Source of the DNA: the human T2T-CHM13v2.0 reference genome, Homo sapiens
NCBI RefSeq assembly: GCF_009914755.1
Contig: NC_060925.1
Length of the DNA stretch: 64,000 nucleotides
Direction: 5' to 3' (one strand)
The position numbers and the translations under genes are program-made. Shown here piece after piece: positions 53,240 through 64,000 of this stretch; position 1 is the stretch's first letter; each line of letters opens with the position of its first letter. The notes under the pieces were generated by a model, which was not told where the DNA came from, made no database searches, and was given only the letters and a program-made list of their open reading frames with translations.

Positions 53240-53439
53240 TTTACTTTATATTTTATTTTTATATATTTTTTTGAGACAGAGACTCTTGCTCTGTTGCACA
53301 GGCGAAAGTGCAGTGGCATGATCTCTGCTCACTACAGCCTCGACCTCTTGGGCCCCCGTGATCCTCCCACCTCAGCCCCCCACATAGCTGGGACTATAGG
53401 CATGATGAATGATGAGCCACCATGCGCAGCTAATTTTTA

Positions 53440-53482
<43 letters not shown>

Positions 53483-53633
53483 TTATATCTATATAGATAG
53501 ATAGATTTTTTTTTAGTAGAGATGCAGTTTTGCCATGTTGCCCAGGCTAGCCTTGAACTCCTAGACTCAAGCGATCCATCCATCTTAGCCTCCCAAAGTG
53601 TTGAGATTACAGGTGTGAGCCACCGCTCCCAGC
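53240..53633 (-). mobile_element. AluJ with (GT)n and (GATA)n in its linker
   Basis: Antisense Alu; microsatellites at ~53441-53505. Confidence 0.9.
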
Positions 53634-54489
53634 AGGCTTTTTTCAGAGCTACAAAAGACCTCTCTACCTGGAGAATGAATGGCAGGATAGGTGTATAAAT
53701 ACCCCAGCTCCCTCACCCATCTGGGAAGAGGACCCTGAGACTTTCTTCGGCTTCCCCATGGACTTTAGCTCTAGCTGCCCAAAGTGGTCTCTGGTGTGAT
53801 AATACGCCCTTTACTGGGAGCCTTCCCTTTCTTGTACACTTCTCAGTCCTCTACTGGTGTTTCCTGTACTTCCTGAATTACTGTGCACTGAAGTCCATGT
53901 CTCAGGGTCTGCTTCTGGGGGAAGCAGACTTTTGTTGACATGTCTCCTGTGCCACTTCCCAGGACCTGTATTAAAGAGAGGCAGTTCCCCAAGTGTCTAT
54001 TAGACACAAGAGCCACCCCTGAGTGGCTGCTGCTCCAAGGGCTGTGTGCTTATGAAGGCCACGGTCCTGGGCCATGGGAGAATCTTCTCTGTTTTGCAGA
54101 GAAGCACAAGACTCGGCGTTGGGCTGGCCAGCATCTAGGCCTCAGCTGGCAAGAAAGTCTGTAGGACCCGGTATGTGTCTCTTGGGGCTGAGAAGACGGC
54201 AGGCAAACCAGCAGCTCAAGACCATGTGGCCTCAGGCTGGGGTAACCCAGATCAAAGCTCCTCTGACCAGTCTCCAGGGAAGACTTTGTATCTTTGTTGC
54301 CAAGTACACAAACTTTCTTAAGGGGAAATGAGTCCGGGACTTTTTGGCTCCATTTAGGTTTCAAAAGAGCTAGATAGGGGACCTTCCAGGCCCCTTGGCC
54401 ACCAATCCTTCCCATTCTGTGGCTGCAGCAGCACAAAGGGAATTTAGCAAACCTTATTTCAATAGTTGGAACCCAGCACAATTTGGAGG

Positions 54490-54715
54490 AAAGAGGATGG
54501 ATTTTAGAACCAGGAAGAGCTCCATTCAAATCCCAACGTTGCCACTTGCTAGCTGGATAATGTTGACAAGTGACTCAGCCTCTCCAAACTGCACTTTCCT
54601 CACCTGTAAACCAGGTATAATAAGTGTATTACCTTATAGGATCACTGTGGGGATTAAATTAAATAATGCTTGTAAAAAACTTAGTACAGTATCTGGTACA
54701 TAGGAAATAATAAAT
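54490..54715 (+). mobile_element. MIR
   Basis: TTCAAATCCCA..GCCACTTGCTAGCTG..CCTGTAAA..GGATTAAAT. Confidence 0.75.
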
Positions 54716-54777
54716 GGTACCATTGTTACCATGTTTGCCACAGCTTGATTATAATAACAAAAAATTGAAACAACTTA

Positions 54778-55108
<331 letters not shown>

Positions 55109-55280
55109 GGTGTTACATCCCTATATGCAGTAGGATGCTGTGCAGCCATTAAAAATTATAATGCGGGTTTATACCTGTTGATGTGGACAACTGTTCATGT
55201 ATTTATTATTTAGTAGGAAAAAGCAGGTTACATATCAATATATACAGTGTGGACTTATTTTATGTTTAAATGCAAGTTTG

Positions 55281-55622
<342 letters not shown>

Positions 55623-55800
55623 TTATAGGTATAAATGCCTAGAAAAATATTTGGAATAAGATATACCAAACCATTAATGGTGCTTATCACTGCAGGGTGG
55701 TACATGGGTAGATTTTTTTTATTTCTGCTTATCTGCATTATAACTTTTTAAAATAATGACCATGTGTGACATGTGTAATAAAAATAATAATAAAACATAC

Positions 55801-56190
<390 letters not shown>

Positions 56191-56704
56191 TCAGCCTCAG
56201 TTTTCCTCTGTGTAAATTGGGTCATTGTAGATTAACTGAGATAATGCACATCAAATCCTCAGCTTGGTGCCCAGCACACAGTGAGCCACTGATCTTCAAC
56301 AAGGCATTTGACCCAGGACTCCCAAGTCCAAGTTCATTACTATTCTCAGCCCATGGAACTGCCTCCAGCTAAAGATAAGGGCTGTTTCCTCAGTCACAGT
56401 GCTCCCTGCCATGTGGTGGAGACCTTATGTCTCTTCAAAGGTAATGACTGGCAAGACTGTTGTCGAGAGAGAGGGGAGAAAGAGAGAGAGAGAGACAGTG
56501 GCAGGGAGAGAGGAGAGGGAAAGACAACTGTTAGGCAGAGGTGGAGAGAGTCCATATTCTTCTGAACTGTTTGAAAAAAAAAACAGACTTGTTCATGAAT
56601 TTCTTTTCGGGTTTAAAGATATGGGAATAAAATTCTTTTTAACACTTTGAATTAACAAACTATTGAGTTACTCCTTCAGCAGGAAGCTCTTTTCCTTCTG
56701 CAGA

Positions 56705-56890
56705 GCAAGTTCATTTCACGAAGTATAGTCTGAGGACCATCTGTATTAGGATCCTGGGCCCCACTCCGCCACCTCCTGCTCCAGTGAATTAGACTTTCTG
56801 GGGCAGCAGAAGAGTGGGGAGCCTGCGTAGCCTCACTTTAATTAGCTCCCCAGGTAATTCTTAAGGACATCAAAGTTTAAGAACTACAAC
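56705..56890. mobile_element. MER5-like hAT fragment
   Basis: GCTCCCCAGGTAATTCTTA..CAAAGTTTAAGAACTAC. Confidence 0.55.
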
Positions 56891-57995
56891 TTTATGAATG
56901 CATTGGCATATCAAGCACTTAGAAATGCTATCTTCCCTGCAGTCTATGAGATTATATCACAGTTCAGTAAGTCAAGTGAATCCACCTGTGACTTTGCCAT
57001 TATTTACCGTGCAAACTAAAATTATTCACCCCCGTAATCTCATGATCCTACTAATATCACTGGTCAAATGCTGCCTCAACTGGTTAAGAAATTATAATGC
57101 AATACTGTGTAAATATAGAACAAGAATGAGGAGGCTTTTTCCATTGTACTGTGGACTAAGCTCTGAGCTATGTAAAGTGAAAAAAAATCAGTGTTCAACA
57201 ACGTGTTTGGTCTGCAAGCACTTGTGTAAAAAGAACGCCCCCCCACACACATATAAGATATACACATATATATTTGTATATGCAAATCTTTGTATATGCA
57301 AATATCTGGAAGACTATTTAAAGAACTGGGGGTGGGGAGGAGTTGTGGTTACCTCTGAGGACAAGGGGTGGCTGAGGACATGAGAAAGATTTTTCACAGT
57401 ACTGTACACCCACCCTTGCTTTTGAATTTTGAACCATCTGAATACATTCCTTTTTCAAAAATAAATTAAACTCAAATGTAAAAATATGTTGCCTGGGTGT
57501 GCTATCTTTGAGCTGCTCTGAATGCAGGAGCCTCCCTCTTAACTCATCCCCGTGGCTCTCTGATACTCAGACTGTCTCTTCATCTAAGGCGCCCCTTCTA
57601 CGAGTCAATCACTGACCTTGTCCATCCACAGACATATTTTGATCGGACTATTAAGCCAGACAACTCCTCTTGCACTTAACATTCCAGTCCAGAGGCAGCG
57701 AGAGCACACTTGCAAAAGATTCCATGATTTTAGACTTTGGCAAGAAGCAAGAGGTCAGTGTGCTTATGTAAGTCAACATTGCTTCTCAAAGGCGACGTGC
57801 TCAGGAAGGTAACGTGCATTCTCAGCCTAGCTCAGTCCACAGCAGCAACAGCAAGACTTGCACAGGACGAGAGGCAGCTTGGAGGGAGACAAGAGGGAGA
57901 GAGCTGAGTCTCCATCCTGCTGAGGGAACTGGACAGTCCCAAATTGATTGGCTTAAGTAAAAAGGAGAAATCTGTGATTAAGAATAGCATAAGGG

Positions 57996-59190
<1,195 letters not shown>

Positions 59191-59351
59191 GTTTTTTGTT
59201 TGTTTGTTTTTAATCTTGGGTTATCCCATAGAACTCAAGAAATAGGTTATGCTTCCTGGATTGAAGGAAATGTCCTGTCTCTTGGCTGTGGTGGTAGTTA
59301 CACAACTACACATTTGTTAAAACTCTTCCAACTGTGTGCTTAAGATCAGTT

Positions 59352-59662
59352 TTTTGGGGTTTTGTTTTGTTTGTTTTTTTGAGATAGGGTCTTCCTCTGT
59401 CACCCATTCTGGAGTGCAAGTGGTGCAATCACAGCTCATTGCAGCCTCAACCTCTCGGGCTCAAGTGATCTTCCCACCTCAGCCTCCCCAGTAGGTGGGA
59501 CTACAGGCACACGCCACCACACCTAGATAATGTTTGTATTTTTTGTAGAGATGGGATCTCTAATGTTGCCCAGGCTGGTCTCAAACTCCTGGGCTCAAGT
59601 GATCCTCCCACCTCAGCCTCCCAAAATGCTGAGATTACAGGCCGGATCCACCACAACCAGCC
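59352..59662 (-). mobile_element. AluJ
   Basis: Full antisense Alu. Confidence 0.92.
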
Positions 59663-59709
59663 CACAGGGAAGGATTCTGATTGGCCCACTTGGGGTTAGG
59701 TATTAGGCC

Positions 59710-60680
<971 letters not shown>

Positions 60681-60813
60681 AAGAGAAATACATTGGATAA
60701 ATGCAGCAGGGCAGGCAGAGTCTGGGTTACTAACAAGGCATCTTCCAGCTGATCACAAGGCTGAAGGTGGGCCTGGGGTGAACAAGCAGTCACTGTCATA
60801 GCTGCCGATTTTA

Positions 60814-61229
<416 letters not shown>

Positions 61230-61364
61230 TCAGTGGGGGTGGAACCACTCACTACAGCATACTGACATTTAGAGGAGGGGACTAAGGATGCTAGACATCT
61301 GGAAACGTGGGAAATCCCACCCAATAAAGAATGGTCCCATGTCCCACTTCCAAATATCCCATTA

Positions 61365-61697
<333 letters not shown>

Positions 61698-61944
61698 TCA
61701 CCAATAACAACACTCATGGCTTTTGAGGTGCAATGTAGTCGAACCAATATGAATTTATAGCTGTGACATCTGGGGTGATTCTATGCATAGGTGCAAACAT
61801 CTATTTCAGTGTCTTCCTAGGGTAATCGTGCCTAGATATTTACAAATTTAAAGTGCATTTATTATAAATTACTTTCCTTCTATTTCTCCTCTTTTGTACA
61901 GTTCAATTATAAGCCTAAGCATATTTTATATTTATATACATACA

Positions 61945-62125
61945 CATACATTTAATCCTCAGACAATTCTATGAGGCAACACTGTCATTAGCTCCATTTT
62001 ATAGATGAAGAAACTGAGGCACAGAGTGGTGCCAGAGCCCACAAGGCTGGTGAGCAGCTGAACAGGCATTTGAACCCAGGAAGTTTACTCCAAAACTCAT
62101 ATTGTCTAAAGCACTGTATCATATA
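61945..62125 (-). mobile_element. MIR
   Basis: CATTTAATCCTCA..CCATTTTATAGATGAAGAAACTGAGGCACAGAG. Confidence 0.8.
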
Positions 62126-62359
62126 GACTTCAGGTAGATTATTTTATCTATGTATTTTATTTCAGAATAGTAAGCTATTTACTAAATACTGGTCCGATAA
62201 AAATGAGATGCAATGGTCTCGAAGCTCTCTAGGCCTCTCCTACCTCTAAAATCCTTTTATTCTGGCTGTGTTCCTAAACACTCTTCTCATTCAAGTTAAC
62301 CTGGAAGCAAGAGAACTTTCCTGAAGAGGCACCGTGTTATATCAAATTAGCGAGGCCAT

Positions 62360-62671
62360 TTTGCTTTGTTTATTTATTTTATTTATTTTTTTGAGACAGT
62401 GTCTCACTCTGTCACCCAGGCTGGAGTACACTGGCGCGATCTCAGCTCACTACAACCTCTGCCTCCGGGGTTCAAGCGATTCTCTTCCTCAGCCTCCTGA
62501 GTAGCTGGGATTACAGGCATGCGCCACCACTCCCGGCTAATTTTGTACTCTTAGTAGAGACAGGGTTTCTCCATGTTGGTCAGGCTGGTCTCGAACTCCC
62601 GACCTTAGGTGACCCGCCCGCCTCGGCCTCCCAAAGTGCTGGGATTACAGGCGTGAGCCACCACGCCTGGC
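62360..62671 (-). mobile_element. AluSp-like
   Basis: Full antisense Alu; TSD TGCTTTGTTT. Confidence 0.93.
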
Positions 62672-62857
62672 TGCTTTGTTTTTTAACCACGATACTCAAG
62701 TCTAGCAAAGATGCAATACAGGTTCTTAAACATTCCTGGAGGGAAGGCAACGAATGATCCCTTCTCAACATAAATTCAGCAACACGCCCCAAGAATTTAT
62801 AAAATTCTCACATTCTTTGACTCTGGCTTCACTTCAGAACATCTTTCTTAAGGAAAT

Positions 62858-63225
62858 ATTTGTTATTGTGGTAGAATATACACAACATAAAATTTACCAT
62901 TTTAACCATTTTAAAGTCTGTGATTCGGTGGCATTCAGTACATTCACAATAGTGTACAACCATTACCACTATCTAGTTCCAAAACATTTCATCACCCAAA
63001 AAGGAAACCCCATGTCCATTAAACAGCCACTCCCCATCCCGCCTCCCTCGGACTCTGGCAACCACTCATCTGCTTTCTGTCTCTATGAATTTGCCTATTC
63101 TAGATACTTCATATAAATGGAATCACACAATATGTGACCTTCTCTGTCTGCTTCTTTCACTTCAGCAAAATGTTTTCAAGGTTCACCCACATGGTAGCAT
63201 GCATCAATACTTCATTCTTTTTTGT
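62858..63225 (-). mobile_element. L1MB 3' end
   Basis: ATTGTGGTAGAATATACACAACATAAAATTTACCATTTTAACC..CATATAAATGGAATCACAC. Confidence 0.85.
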
Positions 63226-63234
63226 TTTTATTTC

Positions 63235-64000
63235 TTTTATTGACATAAAATTCACATAACATAAAATTAAATATTTTAAAGTGTACAAATCCATGACGTT
63301 TAGTACCTTCACAGTGCCCTGCAACTACCACCCTATTTCCAAAACATTTTCATAAGCCCAAAATAAAACCCCATATACATTAAGCAATTAATCCCCATTT
63401 TCCCCTCCCCTCATCCCCTAGCAACCACCAATCTACTTTTGTTCCCCTATAAAGTTAACTCTTCTGGATATTACTCATATAAACAGAATCACACGTTATG
63501 TGACTCTGTCCGGCTTCTTTCATTTAACATTAGGGTTTTGAGGCTCATCCACGTTCTGACATATATCAGGACTTCAGGACTGCACATCTTTTTATGGCTG
63601 AGTAATATTTCTTTTTTTTTTTTTTTTTTAGATGGAGCCTTGCTCTGTCACCCAGGTTGGAGGGCGGTGGCACAATCTTGGCTCACTGCAACCTCTGTCT
63701 CCCAGGTTCAAGTGATTCATTCTCCTGCCTCAGCCTCCCGAGTAGCTGGGATTACAGGCACCCGCCACCGTGCCTGGCCAATTTTTGTATTTTTAGTAGA
63801 GACGGGGTTTCACCATGTTAGCCAGACTGGTCTCAAACTCCTGACCTCAAGTGATCCACCCACCTCGGCCTCCCAAAGTGTTGGGATTATAGGCGTGAGC
63901 CACCGCGCCCAGTCTGGCTGAGTAATATTTCATTGTATAGAGATACCACATTTTCTTTGTCCATCCATGGGTGGTCATTTCCACTTTTGGATTATTGTGA
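63235..64000 (-). mobile_element. Second L1MB 3' end, interrupted by an Alu; runs off the window
   Basis: AATTCACATAACATAAAATT..AAGTGTACA..GGCTGAGTAATATTTCATTGTA. Confidence 0.8.
63612..63913 (-). mobile_element. AluS
   Basis: Full Alu; perfect TSD TGGCTGAGTAATATTTC. Confidence 0.94.

Overview
This is primate DNA, almost certainly human (it carries an AluYd8-type insertion). It is very Alu-dense (about 68 Alu copies or fragments, roughly 30% of the window) and looks intergenic or intronic. I recognise no protein-coding exon, RNA gene, CpG island or CRISPR array, and I cannot name the locus. Nearly every ORF in the track is an Alu- or LTR-derived or chance frame; the only true protein homologies are decayed LINE-1 ORF1/ORF2 pieces. 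The window is a layered transposon record: Alu J/S/Y, L1PA and old L1M pieces, L2, MIR, solo LTRs (THE1D, MST, MLT2, LTR16, MER4-group, MER54-like) and DNA transposons (Tigger2a, MER53, MER63, MER5, Charlie-like). The strongest observations are a young/old chimeric Alu with lost TSDs (candidate Alu-mediated deletion, ~27.9-28.8 kb), a near-consensus AluYd8 with a perfect TSD (18.0 kb), a trimeric Alu with a duplicated right arm (47.3 kb), an Alu-L1PA composite inside one TSD (17.1 kb), an L1 ORF1 with twin-priming-like inversion (49.3 kb), hairpin-templated mutations inside Alus, and two E-box-rich candidate enhancers (24.6-24.9 kb and 25.8 kb). I found no evidence for a new gene system. Subfamily names and consensus comparisons come from remembered consensus sequences and need RepeatMasker/Dfam confirmation; boundaries of old elements are approximate.
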